From: Eledone cirrhosa
Taxonomy: Eukaryota
Reading direction: 5' to 3'
NCBI GenBank assembly: GCA_964016885.1
Contig: OZ024740.1
Location: 234,918,001-234,982,000, forward strand
Length of the DNA: 64,000 nucleotides
In this document: positions 25,166 through 38,647 of the stretch, piece after piece
How the letters are laid out: each line of letters opens with the position of its first letter
Numbering within the stretch: the stretch's first letter is position 1
The notes under the pieces: model-generated
The model's database searches: none
Told to the model about the DNA's origin: nothing
The model's input: only the letters and a program-made list of their open reading frames with translations
Translations under genes and position numbers: made by a program

Positions 25166-27553
25166 TTATTGCTGTTGTTGGCCCTTGTGGCCAATGATAA
25201 AGAAATTATTATCATTGTTGTTGTTGTGGTTGTTAAGAATGACGAAATCGACAGAATAGTGAAAAAAAGATTCCATACGGTATTTAATTTGTTTTAAGTA
25301 TAAATTCCACCTATCTTTTTTTTTAGGTGGGGGTCGATGAAATAAGTACCACTCAAGTACAGAGGTAGATTTAATCAATTATGAGTAAGTTATCGTTTAA
25401 CGTCTATTTTTCTACACTTGCTTGGGTTATACGAAGGCTGGAGCTTATACTAATCTCATGGACGCTTAATTACAAAGAAAGAAACAACCCTCTTGACTGT
25501 TTAGTTACAAAGAAACTTCCTATATGATGCTAGTATGCATTTTCTGTGAACTGAACTGGGACAACGCGAAATGAAGTGCCTTGCTCAAGGAAACAACACG
25601 TCACCCAATCTGGGAATGAAACCCAGAACCTTATAAACGTGAACCCAACACCCTAACCACTATAAGCAGAAGAGGAGGGCAATGCCTCTGGCCTTTTCAG
25701 AAACCCCCTTAGATTTATAAGATTGTTATGAACACAGTAATAGTGACACATCTAACATATTGACCCTCTCCTGTGAAGTAGATAAACCAACGTGGTCGTC
25801 TAACCCACTAGAAATAGCAACCAAATCTCCCTCTCTCCCTCAAATTACATCTTTAAAATGTGTACCAGATACTGCCGTATACCATGGCAAATGCGCTACC
25901 TATTCTACGGTAGTTATTGTAATACATCATCACAAATCTGTACTGTCCACTGTTCCGTTTTGCTGTAATACACTATGCATCTTCTACATCTATGCATCTT
26001 ACTGCAGTACATCACTAACAAATGCACTCTGTAGTGTATAGTAGTCCTTGCAGTACATCACTGACACATTTAGACAGTACATCATGCATCTGACACGTGC
26101 ATCATTTACTGTGCAGTAGTAAATGTAGTAGATGGTACATGTGCACTATCTACTGTTTACATTACATCATTAACACATGCACTATCTACTGTGCAGTACA
26201 TTATTACTCTAACACATACACATTCTAACATGCATCACAACATGTACTCTCATCTGTGTAGTCCATCATGCACATGATATATGCAGTTACTGCAGTGTAG
26301 TATGCACATGACACCTGCATTATCTAATATTCAGTGTTTACTGCAGTAGACCATCATTTCACCTGATATGTGCACTGTCTACTGTTCGTTGGTTACTTCA
26401 GTATATCATGTACCTACTGCATACACTGCCCACTGCTCATTAGTTGCTGCAGTATACCAGCATGCATATAATATATGCACTATCTACTGTTCACTAGTTA
26501 ATGCATTATACCATGCACCTGACACAAGCAATATCTTCTTCTGCAGTAGTTAGTGCAGTACATCACATCCCACATATGTGACAGTCTCCCACAGCCATAC
26601 TACAGCAAACCAACCTCATCTGTGGTCAATTGTAGTCACTAAGTGCAATAAAGTAACAATTGACTATGTTGCTAAGTCAACCTCAACATCTGTCATGTTG
26701 CCAAGGTAACAACAATTCCTGTTCACAAAACCCAATGAACCATCAAAAAAAGGAACAAAGTGTTTCTACTGGAACACACAGGTAGTGTACTAGTGCACTT
26801 GATACCCTTATAGTACATAATAGGTTACCCTGGTAACAACACAACTGATCCATCACTGTCAGCAGGAAGATGCTGATTTTTTTTTTTTTTTTTACTACAA
26901 ACTGAAATGAATTAACAGGAAAATCAATATAGATCACATAGTACAGAGAAAAAATCAATACAAGAGATCAATATAGTTCAATATCGAAATCGTATAGTAA
27001 TAGGAATTTATTTATTGCTTAATTTTTCAAGATAAACATTGACCATGGTTTAAATTATATTAACCACAAAGTTAACTGGATATTGTATTATAATAGAGAT
27101 CAGTAGTATAAAAGGAAGAATTAGCAAGGTAAAAATATATATTTATATCACTGCTCTTTCTTGGCAAGCATTAATGGGTGAGGTGCAATTACGAGTAGTT
27201 AGTGGCAGTTAATAACAGATTAAATAGTGGTAGAAATTCTACAGTTCTGTGCTGAGAATACCAACATGTGTTCATCTTTACTAATATGATGTTAAATAAC
27301 TTGGAGAATTTTAAATTTCATTACTATAATTATTTCAATCACTGGGATAAAAAAAAAAATAAAAAAAAAATATCGAAAGTTATTTTTGAATTCCTCAAAA
27401 CTTCTAAGAATTCTATAAGAATTTTAATTTGAGAAGCTTTTTTTTTTTTTAATAAGCAAAATTAAGTGTAAAAATATCTTTGGAATTTTTCTTTCTCATA
27501 TAGGTTTTAAGAATGTCATTCAGTAAAAAAGGAAAGCAATATATGTATATATA

Positions 27554-27596
<43 letters not shown>

Positions 27597-27835
27597 TCAT
27601 CATCATCATATATATGGGGTAGGGGTTTGTGTATATATTTACGTATTCCTATGTTTAAGTTAAAAGGATATGGAGTAAATGTGGTATATATCTAAATTAA
27701 AACACTTTAATATGAAAATAATATATATCTACTATGGGTGTATGTGTGCCTATGTATGTATTATATATATGTGTATCTACATATATTTTTGCATGTATGT
27801 GTTATATTTATATATGTATACATATATATACATAT

Positions 27836-27895
<60 letters not shown>

Positions 27896-28325
27896 GCATA
27901 TATGGTAAAATGTAAATCTAACAAGAAAATAAAGTAAATAAGCAACATTATTTATGACTATAAAGATCTAAATAGATATTTTTTTGTTTTAATTTTTTTT
28001 TTTATCAATTTTACTATTTTTTTAAAATCATTTTATTATTGTTTTTCTATTTTTATAGGGCAAGTTTTTTCAATTTCCATTTTTTTTTTTCCTCCAAATA
28101 TTCCGAAGGTTTTTTTTGTAAATTTCATTTCCTTTTTTAGATTTCATTTTAAATTGGAATTAAAAAAAAAAAACAAACATAAAAATTTGTTTTTTTATAT
28201 AAATTATAAACTGTTTCGTTTCTTTATTTCATATACTTTAATTTTTCCTTCTTATTTGAAAATAAAATAAGAACTACAATTCTCCACCCACATGCACGCA
28301 CACAAAAAATATCTGTTATTCTTCT

Positions 28326-28727
28326 CTAGGAATACATATCCAACATTCCTTCATGTTGCATCAAAAACTCAACAGCATCATAAACATCTCGACACAATTT
28401 CGTAGGTTTCGTCAATGAAGGTTTGCGTTCGATGTCACGGTGTCCATGGTAAATAACTTTCTGGCTGTTATCGGTGGTAGAGCTAGTGGTGGTGGTGGTG
28501 GTGGTGGAGGTGGCGGCAGTTATGTCAGTGCTATCAGGACGGTATACACCTGTGCTCACCAATAAGCTGTACATAGTAGTGGCTGTTTGCTCAGTGAGAT
28601 TGTCATCCAAGGGCAGATCACGGGATGCTGGCAGTGTCATGGAGGCAAGACTTTGGCGCCGGCTGTGTTTTGATTTCAAGTATTTGTTGTACATATTGGC
28701 ACCCATAACATCAACATTGGGATTGTC
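28326..28727 (-). CDS. HDHD5: HDHD5/CECR5-like HAD hydrolase, last coding exon
   Basis: DNPNVDVMGAN (HAD motif IV), SLLVSTGVY, YHGHRD, DVYDAVEFL, stop TAG. Acceptor position ambiguous by 2 nt. Confidence 0.9.
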   Translation of the reverse strand, partial: DNPNVDVMGANMYNKYLKSKHSRRQSLASMTLPASRDLPLDDNLTEQTATTMYSLLVSTGVYRPDSTDITAATSTTTTTTTSSTTDNSQKVIYHGHRDIERKPSLTKPTKLCRDVYDAVEFLMQHEGMLDMYS

Positions 28728-28971
28728 CTCTGTTAAATTATAAAGAGAAATAGTTTGTTGAACAATATATTGTACACTAAGATTTTCAACTAGAAATATG
28801 TCATATATTTGGGTGTGTGCTTGAAATTGTTGTTCTTTCTACATCTATGTGTATATATGTGTTAGTGTGTGTGTGTATGAGATGGTACATATGCATGAGT
28901 GAGTGTGTATGCGTTTGTGTGTGTGTGTGTAACATTTGTGTGGGATATTTGGTTGACAATATACACTAGTG

Positions 28972-29291
28972 TAGTGGTTGCCAACCGGTGGTCCGAGAAA
29001 AAATTTCGGTGGTGCACAAAAGAATTTGGACATTATTTGCAATTTTTATGTTTTATTAATAATAAAAGAAAAATAATATTCGGTTAAAATATATTTTATA
29101 ACATTCCTAAAAAATGTTTCTCCTCAAAAAGATTTTACACGTATGCTTCAGTATTGTTTAAAAAATGGAAGTTCTCTAATCATTATTTTACAAATGTATT
29201 TATATTTTTTTTTAAATTCACATTAGTGGTCCACAGGATTTAAAATTATAAATTTAGTGGTCCATGAGGTCCAAAAGTTTGACAACTGCTA
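28972..29291. mobile_element. hAT/Charlie-type MITE
   Basis: TIR TAGTGGTTGCCAAC / TTTGACAACTGCTA; perfect 8-bp TSD CACTAGTG. Confidence 0.85.
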
Positions 29292-29481
29292 CACTAGTGT
29301 ACTCTCATATTTGGCTGTAAGAATCAGTAGGAAATTAGCAAATGGATCATAAAAACACACTCTCCTATTATGATTGATCATGATAATGTTGATGTTGTTG
29401 ATGATGATGATGACATCGATGATGATGATGATGATGCCAATGATTTTAGCATGTGTGTTCAACTGGCAAGAGACCCAGGAG

Positions 29482-29681
29482 NNNNNNNNNNNNNNNNNNN
29501 NNNNNNNNNNNNNNNNNNNNNNNNNNNNNNNNNNNNNNNNNNNNNNNNNNNNNNNNNNNNNNNNNNNNNNNNNNNNNNNNNNNNNNNNNNNNNNNNNNNN
29601 NNNNNNNNNNNNNNNNNNNNNNNNNNNNNNNNNNNNNNNNNNNNNNNNNNNNNNNNNNNNNNNNNNNNNNNNNNNNNNNNN
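29482..29681. other. Assembly gap (200 N)
   Basis: Run of N; hides the 3' end of an HDHD5 exon. Confidence 1.
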
Positions 29682-29819
29682 GAAGTAAAGCTTCTTGATT
29701 GGGGTGGTATATCCAATCCTCTCCCTGACAGTGTTCACTACATGTTCACCATAGCGGTATTGTATCTCACAAGGCTTACCAACCAGTCGGTTATATTCCA
29801 GTTCCCTTCCAGTGATTTT
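29682..29819 (-). CDS. HDHD5: HDHD5-like exon (3' end lost in gap)
   Basis: ttacag|KITGRELEYNRLVGKPCEIQYRYGE...IKKLYF; contains HAD motif III GKP. Confidence 0.9.
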
Positions 29820-31490
29820 CTGTAACAGATATTATTAATAACATCCTTGAATATTTTCATTTGAAGATCTGACACACACATGTATAAATAAATACACAGA
29901 ATTATAAGCACATATAAATTGTCACTTGCCAAGGAATACACTGCACAATATGTCAACCAGGTCTACATTACACCTAACACAAACCCTCACTACCACACTT
30001 CATTATATGCATGTCCTCACTCCCATTCAACATTTCCACACAACACCCAATGCACAGAATGGAATAAAATAACAAGAACTTGAGGGGTGTAACATATTTG
30101 TTGGCCTATTGGATGCCCCTTCATATAAGATGCACCCTGGTTTTACAAGGATATTTTGAGAAAAAATGAATTTTGTACATTTCTTCATCAATTTATTAAA
30201 AATTATTTCATTGTTTTTTTCATTGTACAACATCATTTCATCATCATCATCATCATTTCATTTTATGTCCGCTTTTCCCTGCTTGCAAGGGTGAGACGGG
30301 AACTGATTCTGGCTTGATTTCTACAGCTGGATGCCCTTCCTAACACCAACCTCATTTACAGTGAGTGCTGGGTGCTTTTTTGCCATGGCACCTACACGAC
30401 CACTTTGCAGTGGAATGATAGGGACCCCAATCCCTATCATCTCATTTCTACAGCTGAGTAAACTGGAGCAATGTGAAATAAAGTGTCTTGCTCAAGGAAA
30501 CAACACATCACCCAGTCTGAGAATTGAACTCACAACCTTTCGATTGCAAGGCCAATGCTCTAACCACTAAGCCATGTGCCTCCATTTATTATTTAAGGTC
30601 TGTTCAACCTCCCATTGGAAAAAAAGAGCATTCAATAGGCCAGCAAATATGGTAAGTCTCTTCAAAATTTCAGACCCATGTTAACTGACCTGCCTGCACC
30701 CTCCCTTCACATCTGCTTTGCTCAGGCCTGACTATATCATACATGTTCACACTGTTACACTACACCAACATATTCTACTGTAAACTAGTAACTGTGATGA
30801 TAGATAGCAATGCTGGGTGTAGTCAAGTGCTGCATGAAGTCTAGAGATTACACGCAAGGAAACAATTTAAGTGTGTGGTTATTTACCAAGAGGACAGTCT
30901 AGATGAATACTTTTCTTGAACAGATCTTCATAAATAGCAATGTGTTGCTGGAAACAAGGATGTATTCATAGATAAGAGAAGCTATTCTATCATCATCATC
31001 ATCATCCTTATCATCATCATCAACACTGTTTAACCCTTTAGCCTTTACATGTGTAGTGCACCTGAGTATTGTACACAATAATTTCATATTATTATTATTA
31101 CTATTGTATTTTCGCAATAAGGGCTTGACCTCACATAATATCAAATCTATGAGATTTTGATATTATTTATTCTTGAGAACAATACCTTAATGTCGGTATG
31201 AGTGGCCAGTTATGGACAGTTTGAAAAGAAAGAGGTGAGATAATTCTGGCTGGATACAGTCTGTTTAAATGCTAAAGGGTTAAAGTCTATTTTCCATGCT
31301 TGCATGTATTAAACAGGTAGTCACATTCTGTTAGGTGACCACGTATTGCTCATGTGTTCTGTTTCTGGCTTGGTTTCTATAGCTGGATGATTTTCCTAAA
31401 ACCAACAACTTTACAGTATATGCTGTGAGAATTTCTTGAGGCACTACTCCTACCAGTTTGCAGGGTGGACCGTGTGCTTTTTATTATATC

Positions 31491-32525
31491 ACCAGTACTG
31501 CCACCATACAAAGTGAACTGGGTGACCTTTTGTCGCACCAGCACTACCACTTTACAAGGGGAACTAGGTACTTTTTATCATGGCACCAGCACTACCACTT
31601 TACAAGGGGAACTAGGTACTTTTTATCATGGCACCAGCACTACCACTTTACAAGGGGAACTGGGTACTTTTTATTATGGCACCAGCACTACCACTTTACA
31701 AGGTGAACTGGGTACTTTTTATTATGGCACCAGCACTACCACTTTACAAGGTGAACTGGGTACTTTTTATCATGGCACCAGCACTACCACTTTACAAGGT
31801 GAACTGGGTACTTTTTATCATGGCACCAGCACTACCACTTTACAAGGTGAACTGGGTACTTTTTTTCATGGCACCATGACACCAGCACTACCACTTTACA
31901 AGGTGAACTGGGTACTTTTTATCATGGCACCAGCACCACCACTTTACAAGGTGAACTGGGTACTTTTTATCATGGCACCAGCACTACCACTTTACAAGGG
32001 GAACTGGGTACTTTTTATCATGGCACCAGCACTACCACTTTACAAGGGGAACTGGGTACTTTTTATCATGGCACCAGCACTACCACTTTACAAGGGGAAC
32101 TGGGTACTTTTTATCATGGCACCAGCACTACCACTTTACAAGGTGAACTGGGTACTTTTTTTCATGGCACCATGACACCAGCACTACCACTTTACAAGGT
32201 GAACTGGGTACTTTTTATCATGGCACCAGCACTACCACTTTACAAGGGGAACTGGGTACTTTTTATCATGGCACCAGCACTACCACTTTACAAGGGGAAC
32301 TAGGTACTTTTTATCATGGCACCAGCACTACCACTTTACAAGGTGAACTGGGTACTTTTTATCATGGCACCAGCACCACCACTTTACAAGGGGAACTGGG
32401 TACTTTTTATCATGGCACCAGCACTACCACTTTACAAGGTGAACTGGGTACTTTTTATCATGGCACCAGCACTACCACTTTACAAGGTGAACTGGGTACT
32501 TTTTATCATGGCACCAGCACTATCA
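31491..32525. repeat. 48-bp minisatellite, about 21 units
   Basis: Unit GCACTACCACTTTACAAGGKGAACTGGGTACTTTTTATCATGGCACCA. Confidence 0.95.
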
Positions 32526-32788
32526 CCTCACAGAGTTGGCTGCGATACTGCAAAATAATTATTCACTCTATTCCAATGTTCAGTGATGTTTGTTAGAAAG
32601 ATACATGCAAGTGACCTTTCACAAACAATTCACATTCTGCCAGATATTTCAACTGATGATATTATAGAACAACAGATATCAAATGATGGTAGAATATCTC
32701 TAATATAACAATTGTTGTTGAGATTCTAAGCTAGTGCAACCATCACAATACAATTAAACAGACTTAACGTAAATTTAAGGTTACTGAC

Positions 32789-32834
32789 CTTGTAAAGGGC
32801 TTCTAAGCAAACTAGGAAAGCTCCATGACCAAAT
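32789..32834 (-). CDS. HDHD5: HDHD5-like exon
   Basis: cttcag|(R)FGHGAFLVCLEALYK|gtcagt; phases match both neighbours. Confidence 0.9.
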
Positions 32835-33469
32835 CTGAAGGAGGAAATAAAACAATATTTTCATTAGAAATTCAGTGAAACATTCATCAATTAGATCACA
32901 GCTTCCTGCCACAGTGAAAGAGGAGGGTGAAAGTTTTTAGAGATAGATAACGATGTAGGTATCACAAGTATATGAAGTGACACATGGGTCAGTGTAGGAG
33001 GAGACTGTTAGTAACTGGAGAGACAGTATAGTGAGTCAATGATCTGATGTTGTATGACAGTGAAGTTAAAGCAGAGGTTCTCAAAGTGGGCACTATCGAT
33101 CGAGGGGGGGGGGTGACCTAAGGGGGCCGCAGGGAGGGGAGATGATATAATAGTATATTAAATAGTATGATTAAACAGTATGATATAATAGTATATTATA
33201 TATAAATATAGTAAAATAAAAAATATGTAATATTTATTTATACATAGTATATATTATATTATTTATTATATAAAAATTAACGATTTTATTTAATATATAT
33301 TATTTACAATTTGCATGTAGGTAGGTCTCTCTGGAAATAGGGTTGGGGAGCACTGAGGGTATTATGTGGTCGTGAAGGGAGGGGGGCAAAATGTTAAAGG
33401 GATTGATTGTCTAGAGAGGCAATGATGGTGTGGTGGTGGTGGTGGTGGAGTTGGTGGTGGCCATCATCA

Positions 33470-33830
33470 TTATCATCATTTTACATCCGTTTCTACAAGC
33501 TTTGCATAGATTGGACAGGTATTTTCCAGCACAGCCTCCCTCCAGTCATAGTGTTCCTTCATCATATCCTCTGGGAGGTTCAGCATTTTGAGTTCATCTG
33601 TAAACACTTCTTCCCAGGTTTTTCTCAGTCTTCTTCTACCGAAGCTTCCTTCTACTGGCATCTCCTGGAACTTCTTCATGTTAACAACCATCATCCATAT
33701 GTATCACATGTCTATACGAGCACAATCTTCTCTCTTACATACAGCTTCTGATTTCTCTTAGACCCAGTATTTCACTTAGTTCATCCATGTCCTGTTAGTC
33801 AAGCACACTAACATTATACATCCAATGAGC
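33470..33830 (-). mobile_element. Degraded RTE 3' fragment
   Basis: VEGSFGRRRLRKTWEEV...WREAV, resembling the RTE C-terminus. Confidence 0.5.
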
Positions 33831-34225
33831 AGTGAAGGTAGAAGACCTGTAGTAACTGAAGAGTTTGCATTGTGTGATGTTGTATGTTGAAAGTAGGACT
33901 GTAGTGGCTCGGAGAGAATGTTTGGTTTATGATATCCAATGGCTAAAGAAATATAATCTCTTAAATTTGGAATGTGAACCTGAGAGTGAGAGGTAAAGTA
34001 AAAAAATTGAGCAAGAAGCTGGATACCAAAGGGATATGATGAACTTAGAAGAGATATTGAATATTGGTATGAAATAGCAAAGATAATAGAATAAAAGACT
34101 GGCATGGAATGAATGGAATGAAGTCCAAGACTGTGTATAATATAGAAAGTAAGGATCATTGGATTTTGACAGAATTAGTAACAATACAAAATAGTAGAAT
34201 GGCATAATATAAGAGGGTTAGTCAC

Positions 34226-34403
34226 CTTGGCATGCTAGCTTTGTGCATAAATGTAAGATCCATGTTGCAGGCTATGACTGGAATCTGTTCATCTTCTGAA
34301 TTTGGACTCATACTGTTGTTAGGTTTGCCACCAGTCATTAACAGATCAATAATTACTTGCAAGTAGGATTCCCAATGGACTGGTTCACCAAGCAGGATAA
34401 TAG
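34226..34403 (-). CDS. HDHD5: HDHD5-like exon
   Basis: ttacag|AIILLGEPVHWESYLQVIIDLLMTGGKP...IPVIACNMDLTFMHKASMPR|gtgac. Confidence 0.93.
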
Positions 34404-35218
34404 CTGTAACAAGAAAGAACATATACAGATTTAAGTGATAAGAGATGAAAAACAAGATTGATTTTATAAGTTCATAGGGGCAATAAATTATTCATAACAT
34501 GACCCAGTATTATGGTTTAAAATGTCAACTGTAAATAATTTCTAATATAAAATGCATTTCTAGAAGAGCTTTCAGTGCAAGGTGGAAGGACATTATCTAT
34601 GACCTTTGTAAGATCCTCCCTGTGGTTGGATGCCCTTGAACTTCTGTAGGTTGATGAATGTAGAGAAAATATAAACAAATCAGTGGCATTCTGAGGAAAA
34701 ATGATTGGGTGAGATGCCAAGAGAAGTGGGAACACATTTACTAGTTCAAGAGGACATGAGTTTATTGTAATAGAAATGGAAGAAGTGCATCAGTGGACTA
34801 GTCTTTGGAGTGTGGTGTTGAAGGATAGCTTGTATATAAGATGGCCCTGTAGTTTTGCTGACAACTTCTATGTCATATTAACTTAAAAAACAATATACAA
34901 TATAATTATCTAATATAGAAATAAAATGCCTTTAATTACTCTACAATTGTAGATAGTGAAAGCAATCCTGTGTGTGTGTGTGGGGTAAAACATCCTTCTG
35001 GAGCTATGATCTCTCAATTCAGAGAAGTAGTGGCTCTACCTGGAGTAACTCTCTAATCTCTGAGCTAAGCAGTCTATCAAGTAATGTTACTTCAAAACAT
35101 CCTATTTATTTAATTACCCAATAATAATCTTTGTCCAGCCTTTTCTAACATGGAAAGCTAATGTTAAATGATAATGATGAATCACTAAAAGGAAAATGAG
35201 GAGAAACATTCAACAAAC

Positions 35219-35258
35219 CTTCAACAGCTGGAAATTCTTTCTCCACATAACCACGGGC
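35219..35258 (-). CDS. HDHD5: HDHD5-like short exon (40 nt)
   Basis: ttttag|ARGYVEKEFPAVE|gtttgt; enters in phase 0 and exits in phase 1, joining both neighbours in frame. Confidence 0.8.
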
Positions 35259-35755
35259 CTAAAATAAAAATAAAAAATTAGATTAAGATGGTTTTTAAAA
35301 AGTACATATATAAAGTAAGACCACATGTTTTATATGGTTAGCCCATGTTTTATAAAGACAGGCTCACATTTTATTAAGCTAGCCCACATTTTATGACACT
35401 GTCCATCAAAAGATACAAACAATAACATAATTTGTGTTTTTGGTACTGTAAATTTAGAAATTGGTAAACTTTGTAATTGTAGATTTGGTATCAACTGGAA
35501 TTGCTGTTACTGCTGTTGTTTAGCTTTATGTAAGCCCTACTGATGCAGGCCTATGATAAAATAGCATTTCAGCCATAACCATTGCCACTAGACACATTAT
35601 AGCTAGAATCACATTAGTCAATGTGCTCTTCATTTCTTTTAAGATGATAAGGTGTGACAGGAGGTAAATCTGACTGCTATTTTTAGCAGGTGTAGTGACT
35701 TTGCTGAGACATCATCAGCAGGCGTTAAAATAACGATGATGATGATGATATATAT

Positions 35756-35791
<36 letters not shown>

Positions 35792-35817
35792 TATATATAT
35801 ATATATGCACTAACTTT

Positions 35818-35882
<65 letters not shown>

Positions 35883-35955
35883 TCTGCTTTCCCAAGTACT
35901 TAGATGAACTTGGTTTTACTAGTCTAAACTAGTAACTCCCAATCAATCAATCAAT

Positions 35956-36032
<77 letters not shown>

Positions 36033-37299
36033 TATACATAACAAAGAAAGTGTGGTAAGGAACCAGATGGACCATAATGGCCAGAGCTCAGCCGTCGGGG
36101 TCCTGACTCTTTTCCTATATTTATATATATATATATCATCATCATCATCATCATCACTGTTTTATTTTTTTTTTTTTTTAAATTACATGATTGTGACATA
36201 AACTCCTTGCTTGCACTTATATTTGTATATTTGTCCAGTGTTTCTCATAGAATGAACCAAACCCTACTGTTGAGTTGGGGGGCTGTGAGGATTGAAAAGG
36301 TGGCACACAATGGAAATTTCATAGGCATGGTTATATTTTAGTATTAAAATGTTATATTGTTTAATTCTATTTTGTATTCTCGTTAATAAAGGGGTTGAGA
36401 ACAAGAACATAAATTTCACTAACATTTTAGGTGGCAGATGCAGGCAGATGGATTTGTCTGTTGGAGATCTGTTGCGTTAGTGAACTACTGATTTCAGATA
36501 ATAAATATCATAACAGAGTCACAAACATGCCACCAAACATGCCACCAAACTTCTACCTCCTACTTACACATGTGTACCCCTTTCTATGTTTGTATGTATG
36601 TATGTATGTACGGATGAATGGATGTAAGTACGTGTGTGCACAGGCTATGGAATATCATTAACAAGGGAGGTAACTTTCTTTCTATCTATCTATCTATCTT
36701 ACACACACAATCCCCCTTCTCTTCAACAGATCAGAATTTTTTTCATTTTTAACTTATTGACTAAGTTATAATAAGATTATCATTTTTCGAAACCTTAACC
36801 TCATCTTTAGTGATAAAGAAAACAATTAATTTCAAACTATATCCTGCTTTTTGCAAAGGTTACTACAATGCAAATCAACAATAACATATTTGAATAAAAT
36901 CAGTAGCCTTTCAGAAAGCCTAAACATACTCTTAAATTTCAATTTTTCTACACTCTCCTTAAACCTTGCATTGCACAAATCCCCCTTGATGTAGTGATAA
37001 CACAGCATTCTGGCTTATAGAAGTGGCATGGTTTGATTCTTGCAGGCGATTCTGTTCACTATTTTCTGACGCAAAGGGGTTATATCATTAATTTTATTCA
37101 ACTATATTACAGTTAATATGTGCTGTTCTAGCTATTGCAAAGAGCAAAACACATTCTTAAATGTCCACCTTTCTATAAGCTTTCCAATGTTTACAAACGA
37201 ATTAATATTTGTATATTTACACATCTTGATCAAGAAGGAGGAGAAGGAGAAGAAGAAGAAGAAGAAGAAGAAGAAGAAGAAGAAGAAGAAGATACTCAC

Positions 37300-37390
37300 A
37301 ACAGCATTTCTGTTTTCATGGTTGACCATGTCCAAAAGTGGATATGCGTCGGTGATCTCATCTAAAAGGCAGTAATTTGTGAAGCCAAGT
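37300..37390 (-). CDS. HDHD5: HDHD5-like exon
   Basis: acacag|(E)LGFTNYCLLDEITDAYPLLDMVNHENRNAV|gtgagt. Confidence 0.9.
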
Positions 37391-37751
37391 CTGTGTACAG
37401 TGTTAAGGATAAATATGAACCAAACAGTAATAAGATTATATATCTTATAAAGAGTTGGGACCCTTCGGCTGAGCTCTTGCCATTTCAACAGCTAGTTAAA
37501 ACAACAACAGCTCAGTCGTCAGGTCTCGACACTTTATTATATACCCCAAGTATCGAGTACTCTGTTGAGTAATGGTCTAATTAGTTTTAAACTGATTCTA
37601 GCCTCATAAGTGGTGGATTGGCAGTATCAGTACAGCATCAGACACCATGCTTTGCAGCATAGAGTCATTTCCCTTTCATCCTTACAGGGTCAATAAAACA
37701 CCAGTAATGCACTGGGGTAACTGCTGGCCTTGTGCCAAAAGTAAAAACAAT

Positions 37752-37782
<31 letters not shown>

Positions 37783-38216
37783 TTATATATATCATCACCA
37801 CCAACACCACCACCTCCACTGACTTCACCACCATTCTCACTACCACCTTCATCATCATCACCATCATCACCACCACCACCTCCACCACTGCTGCTGGTTT
37901 TACCACCACCACCACCACCATCACACCCACTGACATCACCACCATTCCCACTACTATCTTCCTTACCACCACCACCACCACCACCATCACACCCACTGAC
38001 ATCACCACCATTCCCACTACTACCTTCATTACCACCAACACAACCGCCACCACCACCACCGCCACCACCACCACCGCCACCGCCACCACCACCACTCCCA
38101 TTACTGAGACCAATTCCATTATGCCTAGCAACCCAACATCCACCTCCACCACTGGCATATTCACAAAGCTGGGAGTGTTCAACTCAGTACATTACAAGAG
38201 ACTGTTTAAAGGATAC
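37391..38216 (-). other. U12-type (minor spliceosome) GT-AG intron
   Basis: 5' splice site GTATCCTTT; branch site TCCTTAAC about 11 nt before the 3' end; no polypyrimidine tract; flanking exons join in frame (ALE|LGF). Confidence 0.88.
37793..38155. repeat. (ACC)n-rich low-complexity tract inside the U12 intron
   Basis: Degenerate ACC/ATC repeats. Confidence 0.9.
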
Positions 38217-38329
38217 TCAAGGGCAACATCTCGAACAGGTCCTTGTCCTACCAGGAGAATGTGTTTGTCATGCAACTCTTCCATGATTTTCAATGGCGTT
38301 GGTGAGTGCACCACCATGTCTGGGGTTAC
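38217..38329 (-). CDS. HDHD5: HDHD5-like exon
   Basis: tctcag|VTPDMVVHSPTPLKIMEELHDKHILLVGQGPVRDVALE|gtatcc. Confidence 0.92.
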
Positions 38330-38470
38330 CTGAGAAAATTACAAAAGAAAAAAAAAGGTACATTAATGTGTGAATGGAATGCAACAATAATCAGAGCTTC
38401 CTTCAGACTACTACAATTCTAGAAAATAGAAATAACATGGATTACTTAAAATGATTTATATTCCGTCTGT

Positions 38471-38557
<87 letters not shown>

Positions 38558-38598
38558 CACCACCATTTTTCATCCACTTTTCCATGTTTGCATAGGTA

Positions 38599-38631
<33 letters not shown>

Positions 38632-38647
38632 CTATATATATGTATGT

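Noticed and set aside
25950-26560. Recurrent GCACTATCTACTG motifs
   Set aside because: Looks like a decayed minisatellite with no consistent period or structure.
31465-32558. 16-aa repeat ORFs or CRISPR-like array
   Set aside because: Contiguous tandem units with no unique spacers; intronic; no cas genes; eukaryotic context.
37647-38216. Thr- or Pro-rich mucin/extensin-like ORFs
   Set aside because: Translation of an ACC-rich tract inside the U12 intron.
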